A program made the position numbers and the translations under genes. This document shows, one piece after another, positions 11,842-29,502 of a stretch of 64,000 nt of DNA. The stretch is taken from NCBI GenBank assembly GCA_010909165.1, contig MU008205.1, positions 62,001-126,000 of the forward strand, in the 5' to 3' direction. Within the stretch, counting starts at the first letter, position 1; the number at the start of each line of letters is the position of its first letter. Below the pieces are notes generated by a model. That model was not told the origin of the DNA. It saw only the letters and a program-made list of their open reading frames with translations, and did no database searches. The stretch is from Anthoceros angustus. Lineage: Eukaryota > Plantae > Anthocerotophyta.

Positions 11842-13066
11842 GGAGGGGTGACTGTTTTGCAGGCATGCTTTATGTGTGCCTCCAGCTTGGGAAGTGGAGA
11901 ATGCCTGGCGGTCCTGCACATCATCGTATCGTTTCGACAACCCTCTCGGGAGACTGTGTGGATGGGTCTATGGGACCCTCGAGCTCCTGGTTCAGCAAAC
12001 ATGTGACAGGAGGCTGCAGTAATATCTGCAGCTTCTGTTACTCCCCCCGCCAGAGTATTCGATGGAAATGGCAGCTAAGGTGGTCCAGGTCTCCAGATAA
12101 AGGTCTTCCCTCCTCAAGGCACAAGTGTTCCACGGATGAATTAGCAAGGAGTTTTCCCAATGAAGCTTATCATTCGAGGTGGAACCCAAGTGGAGTGCAG
12201 TAGCATCCATGTGTGTGCAGCTGCTGCAGTTGTTGTGGAGGCCTTCAGGGAAAAAGTTGAGTGGCATGTGCATGCCGAGGAAGATAGTTCCTACGTTCCT
12301 AATCCCGAAGAGGCTATCCGGTTCAGATCGTCCACAAGACAAAAGGTCCGTTGTCGGATAAGCGGTATTACTGAAATCGTAAAACTTTTCTCCATTATTT
12401 TTCATTTTATTTTAGTCGAATGTAAAGTGCTAGCAAAAAAACAAACTTTAATTATTTATGCTATTTATTAGTTGTTCTTACATTATCCTTGAATAAGGAT
12501 ACGTACCAATATAGCCAAGTGCTTGAATGAGAGCAAAAGTACAGCCAAACTATCGGTCTCTTCTTTCTAGAATTCAAAATAAGACTATTTATCTAATTTG
12601 CCAAGCTATCATCATATTCATTCGAAAATTGAAAATAAAACTATTTATTTAATTTTTTCATTTCTCAACATTTTATGATGTCATACAGTTTAACTGTTTT
12701 AAAAAGTGCATGTATTCCTATGTATATATGCATGAATGTTATCAACAACTTGACAAGCCAACGTCCTAAGGTAATAAATAGGTTATACAAACTGAAATTT
12801 CATCACTGCTGATGATGGTAATGATGCAAATCTGATGACTCACACATGAAAGTGTACCTAAGAAGTTGTCATTGGGTTAGAAATAATTAGGCAGAATATT
12901 AAAAAAGAAAAAAGTTTCATTATCGATTAATTAATATTATTTAATGTATTCTTTTACTATTAATTTGGTCAACAAGAATCTATTACTATAAAATATTGGT
13001 TGAAAACATAAAGTCTACTCTCACAAAGCGTTGACAATACTTAAGCATCTATTTATGCTCACAAAC

Positions 13067-13075
13067 TATATAAAT
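13067..13075 (+). promoter_or_regulatory. Candidate TATA box of the BURP gene
   Basis: TATATAAAT upstream of a probable 5' UTR exon and intron (gtaag ~13173 to ttgcag ~13574). Confidence 0.4.
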
Positions 13076-13599
13076 CCATGTGCTCTTTGACGTCTTTGAC
13101 CTTAAAGTTTCCGGATAGATTCAAGTTCTCATTCCCTTCTCTTTTGAAGTCTTACAGACTCCTACCTATAAAGTAAGAAATAGTTCAATGTGTAGCTTGT
13201 CGAACATGCATAAACTTAGTGTACTTTTGATAATTATTGCTAATAAGTAGTCTTTGCAAAAGTTAACACAATTTTTTTTACATTTGATGGTGGTAAGATG
13301 CATACGGAAAGGTTAAGACTATGTGTTGCCAATCATGATATTTGTTGCTGATAAGTAGAATTGCATAAAGGTTAGCATCATTTTTTAGTTTAAAAAATGT
13401 TTGAGGTATTGCCCTAAGTTATAGAGTAATATGTCAATTTTGACTTTCAGAAATGTTTGAGATGTTACTTTGAGTTTTTGAGAAATATGACCGACTCTAT
13501 TTAAACCATTCTTAAAAATTTATATATTTTTATATTATTATTAAATTCTGATGGAGTGTGGGTTAAACTTGCAGATTGCTGTGGTGGAAATCATCAACA

Positions 13600-15009
13600 A
13601 TGGAATATCATGTTTTTATTTTTTACTTATTAAGTTTCTTATTTGTAAGTAAAAACTTATCATGTTCTTTCCGTACGTGAAAGTATATTTTGAATTATAA
13701 ATAGTGATTTACACATGTATAACTTTTCCTACAGGTATGCACGCTTGCAATCAGTGCTAAGCAAAATGGAGGTGACTTGCCAGGATCTGGAAAATATTAT
13801 TGGGAACAACATTTGTCTCATATTAATATCCCTTATGTGTTACAAAAGTTAATGTCTCCATTGACGTTTGTTGAACCGAATAGCCTGAAACTTGAATTTG
13901 AGACAAGCTCGAAGGTTCTTGACTTTTGCACTGCAGCTGGCATCTTATGTGAAGACGTGAATCCGGCTAGTAAGGTTGGTCCTTACCCATGGCCCGATAT
14001 TGATCCGGCTAGTAAGGTTGGTCCTTATCCATGGCCCGATATTGATCCGGCTAGTAAGGTTGGTCCTTACCCATGGCCTGATATTGATCCTGCTAGTGAA
14101 GCTAGTCCTTACCCATGGCCTGATATTGATCGGGCTAGTGAGGTTGGTCCTTATCCATGGCCTGATATTGATCGGAATAGTGAGGCTGATGATAATATTC
14201 TAGTACAGAATGCGATTGACACTAAAAGCACGTTTGTTGGTGAACCCAATGCTCGAGAGAAATTGGTTTGGTTCCTTGAGAAAGACCTTATATCAAATAT
14301 AGGCACTCCCAAGGCATTTCAAGTACCAGCTACAAAATTTGCCTCCGATTTGGTGGCCACTCCACGGCAATTCCTACCTCGATCTATTACCACACAACTT
14401 GGAAAACTCACAGTAAATAATCTACCAAATATCTTACAGAAGTTTCACATTACAACAAACTCCCTTTTGGGACAAGCTACACATGAAACAGCGAGGTTAT
14501 GTGAACAATTGCCTTCAACTCCAGATAGTGAGGGATCCTCCAATGTAGCAAAGAAACAATGCATACTATCATTTGAAGATATGACAGACTTTATAGTCTC
14601 ATTGGTACCTGAAGGAAGTAAACTTATAAGTGTTGAAGTGCTAAACACTATAAAACCACCATCCAAGGAACAAATTTTAGGACATGGTAATTTTACGGTT
14701 ATAAATGTGGAATTGAAAGGTAACAACGACTACACAATTATAGCTAATTGCCATTCTCCATACTCGGCATTTAGAGTTGAGTTATGTCATAGTATGGACT
14801 TTGTTAGACCTTATACAATAACCTTAGAATCTCCAACTCAAAATTCAGGTCAAATAACCACACTAGCTATGTGTCATGGGGATACTTCAAATTGGAACCC
14901 TCATCATCTTGCATTTAAAATATTGGGAAGTCACCCTGGGGGAGCAGCAATATGCCATTGGGCAGAACCCAATGACATTCAGCTTGTTCTTCATATTGAC
15001 TTCAAATAG
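13600..15009 (+). CDS. Secreted BURP-domain protein (~439 aa) with fused repeated core peptides; candidate BURP peptide cyclase
   Basis: Exon 1 13600-13644, intron 13645-13734 (gtaagt..acag) and exon 2 give signal peptide MEYHVFIFYLLSFLFVCTLAISA. PG1beta-like N-terminus (YW..SPL..FCTAAGILC), five PYPWP repeats, then BURP WFLEKDL..CH-x10-CH-x27-CH-x25-CH. Confidence 0.92.
13954..14187 (+). repeat. 42-bp coding tandem repeat, 5 full units plus a partial unit (DIDPASKVGPYPWP)
   Basis: Units at 13954, 13996, 14038, 14080 and 14122; PYPWP is invariant while the spacer residues vary. Confidence 0.95.
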
Positions 15010-16061
15010 ATCACGTATACATATATATATAATAAAACTATCTATTATTCAATTAATTTTAGTTAAATGGTCTTAAATATGTGAAAGATGGAGCCTGTCT
15101 TAAGCAAGGGGTTTGTGAGTTGGATTGGGCGATCTCATTCTTTGTATTCCAATAAGTTTTGAGATAGGTACAAATCTCGTGGCCTCCACAACCTAAGATG
15201 TACCCACAACCCTGGCGTTACGGTTGGGGCCTTAGGCTGAACCGCTGAATGAATGTGCCTTTCCTTAGCTCGCGCCACCTCCTTCCTAGATTGGTGCACG
15301 GGACTATGGGACCTAGCCTCGCCACAAAAGCTGCCTCTTCTTCTGACGCCCCAGGCAATCGACCGCGGGCTCTGCGTTGCACTGCTCAACGAACACTAAC
15401 AACTGGCTTCACAAGGGAGATCATGAATTCGTTGCCCCACAACCAAATCCTCCTGAGCTGCACAGAAGTTTCTGCATAGTGCAAAGCAGAGACTGAGAGA
15501 AAAAGCAGAGTCATGCTCAGTTTCCAGGGCATTGCTGGTTTCCGTCCCTGTGAGCAACATGCTGATGTTGACCTATCAAGCTGTTGCTAAGGATTAGGGT
15601 TACATGCCTCCAGAAGTGAAGCCTTTTGTTTTCTCTGTGGCATCCACACGGGAGCAGGCAGTAAGCCTTATGTCTTTGGGCACGGTCTAATACCGGATTG
15701 CACAATGCGCAACGGTTCTGGTTAGAGGCACGCTAGAAGAGTAGGGGAATGTGGTGTTCCGTCTTTGGGAAAAGAGTTCAAATGCTATCGACGGATGCAA
15801 ACGCAGTATTAAGCCATCTATGTAGGGATCATGGTAAGTACCCTTGCTGCTGAAGGGGACAGGCATTGGCAGCTATGATGGAGTAATGGGATGCATAATT
15901 CTGCATATATGTTTCCAAGGACTCAGCTTTCAAGTACCACCTGGGTGAAGGGCAGCCTGGGCACGGTACATTTGTGAGTGTCGATACATGCCATCCACTT
16001 GTAGGACAGACTTGGATCGCATGGAGATGGGAGCATGTAGCTCCTCGCAATGGATCGCTCA

Positions 16062-16570
16062 TCACTGAGAGAAAAAATCTGTGCAATCGTCTCCGTCTGC
16101 GGAAGATGAGGACGGGATGAGCTGTGAGTTCATCGAAACCAGCATGGGATGTCACAACATTTGCAACAGCTGCAGATGCGGGCACAACACCCACCGGTAA
16201 CGAAAACGGCCCGACTCAGCCCCGTCACGATGGGGGACAGAGCGTACTTGAGCCAGCAGTAATTCTCAGGCGACGTGACGAAGGCCACGCAGTCGCGGTT
16301 GCCCCTGCAAGCCACGGCACAGGCGCGGAGCGTCAAGCCCGTGAGCGGCATGCCGTCCAGGTCGAAGCCGGGTGTGTCCTGAAACACTGCAGCCACCCTG
16401 CACTTCCCTGCGCACAGCCCACACATCCGTCACCTCCATCACCTCGCACCGCATGCATCCATTGCGGGATCATGCAGCATCCACGCATTACCCTCGCACA
16501 CAGCACAGACGGATGCCAGCAGCAGCAGCACCATAGCAGTAACAGCAGTCCCGCTTCCACGTCCGCCCAT
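16062..16570 (-). CDS. Small secreted Cys-rich PAN/apple-domain protein (~110 aa, 3 exons)
   Basis: Signal MVLLLLASVCAVCEG; intron gtaatg..gcgcag; DLDG..LRACAVACRGNRDCVAFV..NYCWLK matches PAN_4-type C-x3-C-x5-C..CWLK. Last exon (DGDDCTDFFSQ*) is inferred. Confidence 0.7.
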
Positions 16571-17206
16571 CTGAAGCCCTCTCACGACCGACTCCCACTC
16601 CCAGTTCGATCTGTCGCTGTCTCGTAGGGGAGCGTGACGATGGCCTGCTGCGATCTGCGATGATGATTGCTCGCGGTCACCGATGCTCACTGGGCAGCGG
16701 GGACCATGGCGCGAACATTCTCACTGTCCTGGGCCCGGATTCTCATGGCGAACCAAACGGCAGTCCTAAAAGACCGATAAGCGGCACCTTGCAAGCGGGT
16801 CCTTCGGGACCCAGCTGATGACGTACCAGCGTCCTCGATGCAGGTTGACGGGCTCCGTGTACGAGAAACCAGCCTCGTGGCGGCTGCACTCTCTGGTCAC
16901 GCGTGCACCGATTCCAAGTGTGGCCGGCAGCCGGCATGGGGATTCACGGATTCATGAGAGAGGATGGGAGGCAGTGAGCTGTCAAGGAGGAGCCTCTGCG
17001 TGATGACGCACAGGGGACGTTGAAACGCAGAAATCGTCTCAGAATTCTGGGCGGCTCGGCCAGGCCCCAGCATTCGCAGGCATCGCTTCTGCCGGGAGAG
17101 AAGGCCGGCCAGAATGCGCGGCACCAAGGGGGAAGAACGGACTATTTATCGCATTTGTATGGAAGGGGACGGGGACTGGGACTGGGATGCGGGAGCTCGA
17201 TGCGGA

Positions 17207-20033
17207 ATGGGACATTTGCTCACCATGTATCTCATCTGCACGGTCTTGGCGTGCGGGAAGCACGCAGCGGGGGACGTGATCCCGCCCGACGCGCAAGTTT
17301 TGCTCTCTGCTAAGCAGGAGCTGTACAGCACGGCGTCCAACCTTGGGAAGCTGGAGTTCTGGAACACCAGCGCGGGCAACAGCAGCTTGTGCAGCTGGCC
17401 CGGAGTGGGATGCTGCGGGGCAGCGTCCAGGGTTTGCTCCCTGTCTCTGCAGTTTCTAGGGTTGCAGGGACCTCTGCCGGGGGTGCTGGGATCGCTCGCC
17501 AACCTCACCGAGCTGCATTTGGATGACAACAACTTCACGGGGGAGATTCCCTCCGGCCTGTTTCAGGCTGTCGGGTTGCAGGATCTGAGCTTAGGGTATA
17601 ATGCGCTTTCCGGCCCCATCCCAGCGGACGTAGGGAAGTTGCAGGAGCTGGTATTGCTGGATCTGCGATGGAACGGGCTTGTCGGCACGTTGCAGCCCCT
17701 GCAGGGGCTCAACCCGGCCGCGCTGCAGGTTTTGTATCTGGACGGCAACAGCTTTACCGGGGATCTGAGTCCCTTGGCTGCCTTCACGGGGCTGCGCACG
17801 CTCAGTGTGATGCGCAACCAGGTGAACGGCACCCTGGATGCTTTGGCGGGGGCGCTCGCAGGGCTGGAGAGTCTCTATTTGGCGCACAATCAGATGAGCG
17901 GTACGGTGGATGCTTTGGGAACTGCTTCCGGGCTTCGAAGCCTGGATCTGGGATACAACCGGTTTGGTGGTCAGCTTCCAGCTTCCCTGGCCAAACTCTC
18001 ATCTTTGCAGTACCTGCGGTTGAATTCAAATGGTTTCGGAGGAGTGACTCCATCGTCCCTGCAGCTGGGAGGATTAAGGCTGCTCCGTGTTATCAATTTC
18101 TCGAGCAACCAGTTCACGGGGGAAATTCCTTTCAAGATCTGCGACAACCTGGCTACCATCGACCTGTCAGACAACCAGTTCAACGGCTCGATTCCCGAGG
18201 CTTTCTTCAACACATCGTGCTCGAGCATGCTGGATGTGAGGCTTGGAGGAAATGAGCTCACAGGAAACTTGGTTGGAATCTTCAGCACTGCGCTTCCTCC
18301 CTTACCGATCTTGACTCTGAATCTGTCGGGCAATAGTTTGAGCGGGAGTGTTTCTGGAATAAGGTTGCGGTTGAAATCCTTGCAGAGGCTGCTGCTGAGC
18401 AAGAACAATTTCAGCAGCGCTCTGCTTCAGGATGTTTTGGTTTCAGGGTTCAACAGTCTCGAGGAAGTTGACCTAAGTCACAACGGTTTGGAGGGAAATC
18501 TTGAGCGTTGCTTGCATCCTTCGACCAGTTGCAATCTCTTGATCTATCTTACAACCTTTTCTCCGGCTCGCTTCCTCCCTTCCCCTTCAACAGCAGCTAT
18601 GACTACTCTTTTGCGGGGAACTCGGGGTTGTGCAGTTCTGATCCAGCAGCGCAACTTCCAGCTTCATGTCAAATCCAGGGCCCGCCTTCACCAGGCTCAC
18701 AGTCACCAGGCTCACAGTCTCCAGGCTCACCAAGAGGTGCACCAGGTATAAATTTGCGAATGCATTTCTTCCATGTCAGGTGGTCGTTCCGGGCCCTTTA
18801 GTCTGACGAGTGACAAAGTTCCCTTCCTTTCCTTCAACAGTTACGACGGTGGTGGCGGCAGCTGTGGCGGGCTCCGTTGCTGTCGTGATTGTAATCTTCG
18901 CATTTGTTCTGTGGCGTTCGAGGGTCAAGGCTGCCAGATTGGAAACTACAGACCCGGATCTGACGGCAGCAATTCAGGAAGGGGTGAATGTGGCTCCCAT
19001 GCCTGTAAGCATACTGCGCCAGGCCACTCAGAATTTTTCTGACAGCAACAAGATTGGGGTTGGAGGCTTCGGCACGGTGTACAGGGGCACGCTCCCAGAT
19101 TGCCGCGAGGTGGCCATCAAGGTGAGCAAGCGGGTTGGATCTGAGGGGGGCAAACGCCAATTCCTGAACGAGGTGCGCATTCTCGCGCAAGTGAATTACC
19201 GCGGTCTGGTGCTGCTGGTGGGATGTTGCCTCACCCCCAACTTCGCGGCCCTGGTGTTCGAGTTTGTATCACAAGGGACACTGGAAGAGCATCTGCGGGG
19301 CAAGAGACGCCCCGTCGGCGGACTGACATGGGAGAGGAGGCTCACCATCGCCTTCCAGACAGCGGATGCGATTGCCTACCTGCATTCTCGGGCCAACCCA
19401 CAGATTATACACCGGGACGTCAAGTCTGCTAACATCCTGTTGGACGACAACCTTGATGCCAAGGTGGCAGATTTCGGCATTTCAAGAACGGCCGCCCTGG
19501 CTGCAACTCATCTGAGCACCTTGACCGCAGGCACCCCAGGCTACATGGATCCAGAGTCTTTCATCACCGGCCAGCTGACGGCTAAGAGCGACGTTTACTC
19601 CTTCGGGGTGGTGTTGATGGAGCTGCTCACTGCGAAGCCTCCCATAGGATTGGAGGGGAGCAATGTGGTGCCAGCAGTGGAGGCGACCAAGCGTGACGAA
19701 TTAGATCAGGTTCTCGATGCACCACTGAGGCACCAATATGAAATGGATGCAGGCAGCAGGAGCTCCATGCGCTTTGTGGCCGATTTGGCAGTACAATGCT
19801 TGCAGCAGAGACCCGCAGACCGACCCAGCATGACAGAGCTGGTGTCCGAGCTGGAACACCAGGTTCGATACCACCGACCCAAACCTGGCAAAACCGTTGA
19901 GGAGCACGAGGAAGCCCCTTTACTACCGGACTCCAACAACCCGGGCTCATCATCGGACGGCTTTAACCCGGGCCCTGATACGCTAGAAATAATCCGTGCC
20001 GGTATTACAACCGTCAATTTGTCAGGACGATGA
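17207..20033 (+). CDS. LRR receptor-like kinase (RD kinase, WAK-like kinase domain) with an apparent 1-nt frameshift near 18506
   Basis: Signal peptide, LRRNT (CSWPGVGC), many LxxLxLxxNxxxG repeats, capping FAGNSGLC, intron ~18746-18840, TM, then kinase motifs GVGGFG/VAIK/HRDVKSANILL/DFG/GTPGYMDPE. Confidence 0.88.
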
Positions 20034-20107
20034 AATCCAAGGCGGTTCTTCAGTGAAACCAGCTCTAGACCAATTTTCAGAAAGGGATGGTGTGAGGACC
20101 GGGAATG

Positions 20108-22050
20108 GGAAGCAGTTGGGCAATGTGGTCAGGTTGGAAATCTTACCGATTGCTACGAGAAGGATATGACTGCAGGCAGTGCAGTGAATAACTACATGAT
20201 GCCAATTGTGCATAGCATTGTTAGTCAGTGGTTGGCGGGGCAGGGTTGCTTGCGTCCACTGTTTACAGTTCCACCAACGCTAAGGGAAGGAATACAGGGT
20301 TGCGGGTTGATTCTGCAGCAGCTCGAAAAGACTCGAAAGAACTCTGTCGGCATGTTCTGAGCACCTGCAAAAGCGTACCGTGTCTGTCCCCCGTAGGTTT
20401 GGCGAGTGACTGTGCTTGTGTTGTACCCTCGGCTTATGCCCCTTATTTTGACAACTGACTTCGCCTGAACGGCCCCTTGTCAAAACGGCGTCATTTGGGG
20501 GTCTTCTCCATTCCGGAAATGACGAGCCAACCCTTGGCGGGATCCGGGGTGGTTAAAGCCTAGTCGGACGGGCGGGCTGGACGAGGGTCGGAGGACGTCG
20601 ACGCCCTCGCTGTGAAATAAGTACTCCTACTTTCTCAGCCCAGTGTCCGGAATTGAAGCGATTATTGCCCTTCCATAGGACAGAATGCGACATGGTCGGA
20701 TGTGCCGTGGGCGCAAGTGAAGGTGGTGTCATGTCAATCGTGGTTGTAGCTGTAGGCCGTGGGAAACGCGTATCTGAAGCGGAGAGTGGAATCCGTTTGG
20801 GCAGGGGCATGCAATCTCTTCCAAATCCTGCCAGCAAATCTGCCCACCCAGCAGGTACACTGTACTCCATGAGCTCTGTCGTTGCTTGTGGAGTTTGTCC
20901 CCACATCAAGTCCCCTCCCTGCTTGGTGATGGGAGTTCACTACTTTTAGAGTCAAATGTTTTTTAGCGAGAGACTTTTAGACACAAATTACCCCTAAGTT
21001 TGAGGTGGGTTCGTTGCTTTACATGATCTTACGGGTCATGATTTTACGTTGGTTTACATGATGGAGTTCTTAGCTAGTCAGCATCGTATAGGGGTGCCAT
21101 TGTGGCTTGGTCGGGTTGGAAGGTCACCGTCTGGTTCAATTGGCCTTCTGTTAAGCAACCCTCCAAATTTATTTCTTACTGTCCAGGGGCTTGAGAGTGG
21201 GAAGATTGGTTTAGTAGTTGGAACCCGGAGTCTTATCTCTGAATCTGTGACATTGGGAGAGCTATTGCTGTCATTGATGAACAGAATCATTTCGGGACAG
21301 ATCAGCGTGGACGCCTCCACAGCAACGTTCTGATTCTCTTGTTGTATCTCATGTTCAGGACTGGCCATTCAACCACCGACTGGAGTGTCACCGATGGTGA
21401 TGACTGCACTGGGAGCAAGATGAGCGCTCTTACCACATGACTTGCCAATGGCAAGTTGCCATGACTGCAGCACGAATACTGAGGCCTTTGGCTTTGGCAG
21501 AGCATGGACCCTGGCACTCAGTCAGGTCAGGGCTGAGGACCCATTGTGCTTGACAGTTTCATTGAATCCTATCACATGCGAGCTTTTGGCTACAGATACG
21601 GTTTCCAATTCTGAAAGTCATTATCTTGAGCTGTGAAGCAAATGAGAAGAATATGATGATGCCTGCAGTGGCAGAATCTCCACCTACCTGTGGTCTGACT
21701 GTAAACAGGGACAAGCAGGGCCATTTCTGGTTGACAGGCTGTGTTGCCATGGCATCAAACGCGAGGACGGATAACGCACGCATACTTTGAACAAACAATG
21801 GTGGTACCCACGCTGTCGTCAAGTGTCAGGTTGGACAATTGACGCATTGTATTCTGAAGAAAAGAAACGATGGTACATACCGAGTTGTTAGAATTCTGGA
21901 GGATTGCCTCGAAGCATGGACTCAGCGGCATTAGCGCCTTGTCTAAAGCTGTTCAGGTAATAGTCACTTGGAAAAGTTCAAGTCGCTGTGAAACAGGTAA
22001 ACCTAACTTTGTGGTTGCTCACTGAGAACCCTATTGAATAATCCCTTCTG
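20108..22050. repeat. Diverged segmental repeat, also present at ~27560-29460, ~30415-31880 and (partially) ~33120-33980
   Basis: Shared blocks such as caggttggaaatc, ggagttcactac/tag, ttaccacatgacttgccaatggcaagttgccatgactgca and aggtaaaccta. Confidence 0.8.
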
Positions 22051-22090
22051 CCGCCCCGAACGACCGATCCCTCGCCTGGTTGCGCTAACA

Positions 22091-27439
<5,349 letters not shown>

Positions 27440-29502
27440 CGTCGGCGTCTCCACCACCGGCGAGGTCCGCCTCAATTGCCACAACATCAACTGAAAGGAA
27501 AGGGCAGGGAAGGGAAGAAAAGGGAAGGAAAGGGCAGGAAAGCTCTCTCCCCAACCAGGTTGGAAATCTTGACTTAAAGATGAAATGTTACGAGAGGGAT
27601 GTGAAGGCATAGCATAGTCAGTGGTCGGAGGGACAGGGTGTCCACTGTTTGCTGTTCCACCAACGCTAAGGGAAGGAATTCAGGGTTGCGGTTTGATTCT
27701 GGATCGCAGCTCGAAAATACTTGAAAGCCTCTGTTCGCATCTCCTGGGCATCTGCAACTGCCTTGAGCATCTGCAACTGCCTTGAGCATCTGCAACTGCC
27801 GGTCCCCTGTAGGTTTGGCAAGTGCTTGTGTTGCGCTCTCAGCGTATGCCCCTGGTTTCGACAAATAACTTAAATCTTGGGCTGGATGTACGAAATTACT
27901 CCAGGGCCATGTGATTGCTTGCAAATTCTACAAGCAAATGTGCCCACCTAGCGGGTCCACATGAGCTGTGCTTGTTGCTTGTGGGATTTGTCTGCAAATC
28001 AACTCCCCTGCCTGCTTGGTGATAGGAGTTCACTAGTTTTAGAGTCAAAGCTTTTGTTTGGCGACAAAATATTGAGTCAAATTACAAATTAGCCCCAAGC
28101 TTGAGGCGGTTTCCGTATCAGCCATGATCTTACAGGTTGCCCAGATCTGGGGTTTCCGTGGCGTACAGGACTTTGTGGCTTTTCAATAGCTAAGTCACTG
28201 ATGGGCAAGTTGAAGAGAAAATCAAACTTAGGAAGCAACAGAGGGTGTGGTGAAATAATTTGGGGATCCATAGAGGCTCCGCATCAGTTTTCAAACTCAA
28301 TCTCAGGTGGCACCATATGAGTTCTTAGCCAGTCAGCATCATAAAGGAGCGCTATTGTGGTTTAGTAGAATTGGAAGTCCACAAGAGAGGCCTTTTGTGG
28401 CCTTGCTTACTGGATCCACCACCTCAAGTTAAGGCTTGTTCTATTCCATAAGTACTCCAATTCACGCGACCTTCAGGGTCTCCTTTGTCACACTGTATCA
28501 ACATAGATTGAATCGCAACCCTCAAAGTTTTATTTCTTACTGTCCAGGGCTTTGAGAGTGGGAAAATTGGTTTAGTAGTTGGAACCCAAAGGCTTATTTC
28601 AGAATCTGTGAAATTGGGAGAGCTATTACTGTCATTGATGAACAGAATCATTCCCGGGCAGATCAAAATGGGACGCGTGCACAGCAACGTTATGTTTTCT
28701 TCATGAACCCATGAACCAGTGTCTGCCTCTAGTTTTAAGGTGAAGCTGCTCTTGTTGTCTCGAGTGTTCAGGACTGGCCATTCAACCACTGACTTGAGTG
28801 TCACTGATGGTGATGACTGCACTGGAAGCAAGATGAGTGCTCTTACCACATGACTTGCCAATGGCAAGTTGCCATGACTGCAACACCAATACCGAGAACC
28901 TTTGGCTTTGGCAGTGCATGTTCCATGGCACTCACTCAGGTCAGGACTCAGGCTTGACATTTTGATCGTATCCTATTACATCCAAGCTTCTGGTTACAGA
29001 TATGGTTTGCATTTCTGAAGCCATTATCCTGAGCTGTGAAACAAATGAGAAGAATATCATGACGCCTGTAGATAGAAGAATCAACTCCACCTACCTGTGG
29101 CCTGACTGTAATCAGGGCCAAGCAGGGCCACTACTGGCTGACAGGCTGGGTTGCCATGGCATCAAACGTCAGAATGGATAACGCACGGATACTCGCATAC
29201 TCGAATATGTACTTCGAACAAACAATGGTGGTATCAATGTTGTCGTCAAATGTCCGGTTGGACAAGGACGCATTTTATTCTGAAGAAAGGACGGTAGTAG
29301 GTACATACCGACTTGTCAGAATTCTGGAAGATTCCCTCGAAGCATGAACGGCCGCTGCACCTTGCCTGATGCTCTGCCGCTAATGGACATTTGGAAGACT
29401 ATATGCTCGCTGTGAGAAAGGTAAACCTACGTTCTCATTGCCCACGGACAGCCCAGGGTCAGGAATTGACGGGATTACCATCACCGCGCGCAGTGCGTAG
29501 GA

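Noticed and set aside
13954-14187. 42-bp repeats as a CRISPR-like array
   Set aside because: No unique spacers; the repeat is in frame within a eukaryotic CDS.
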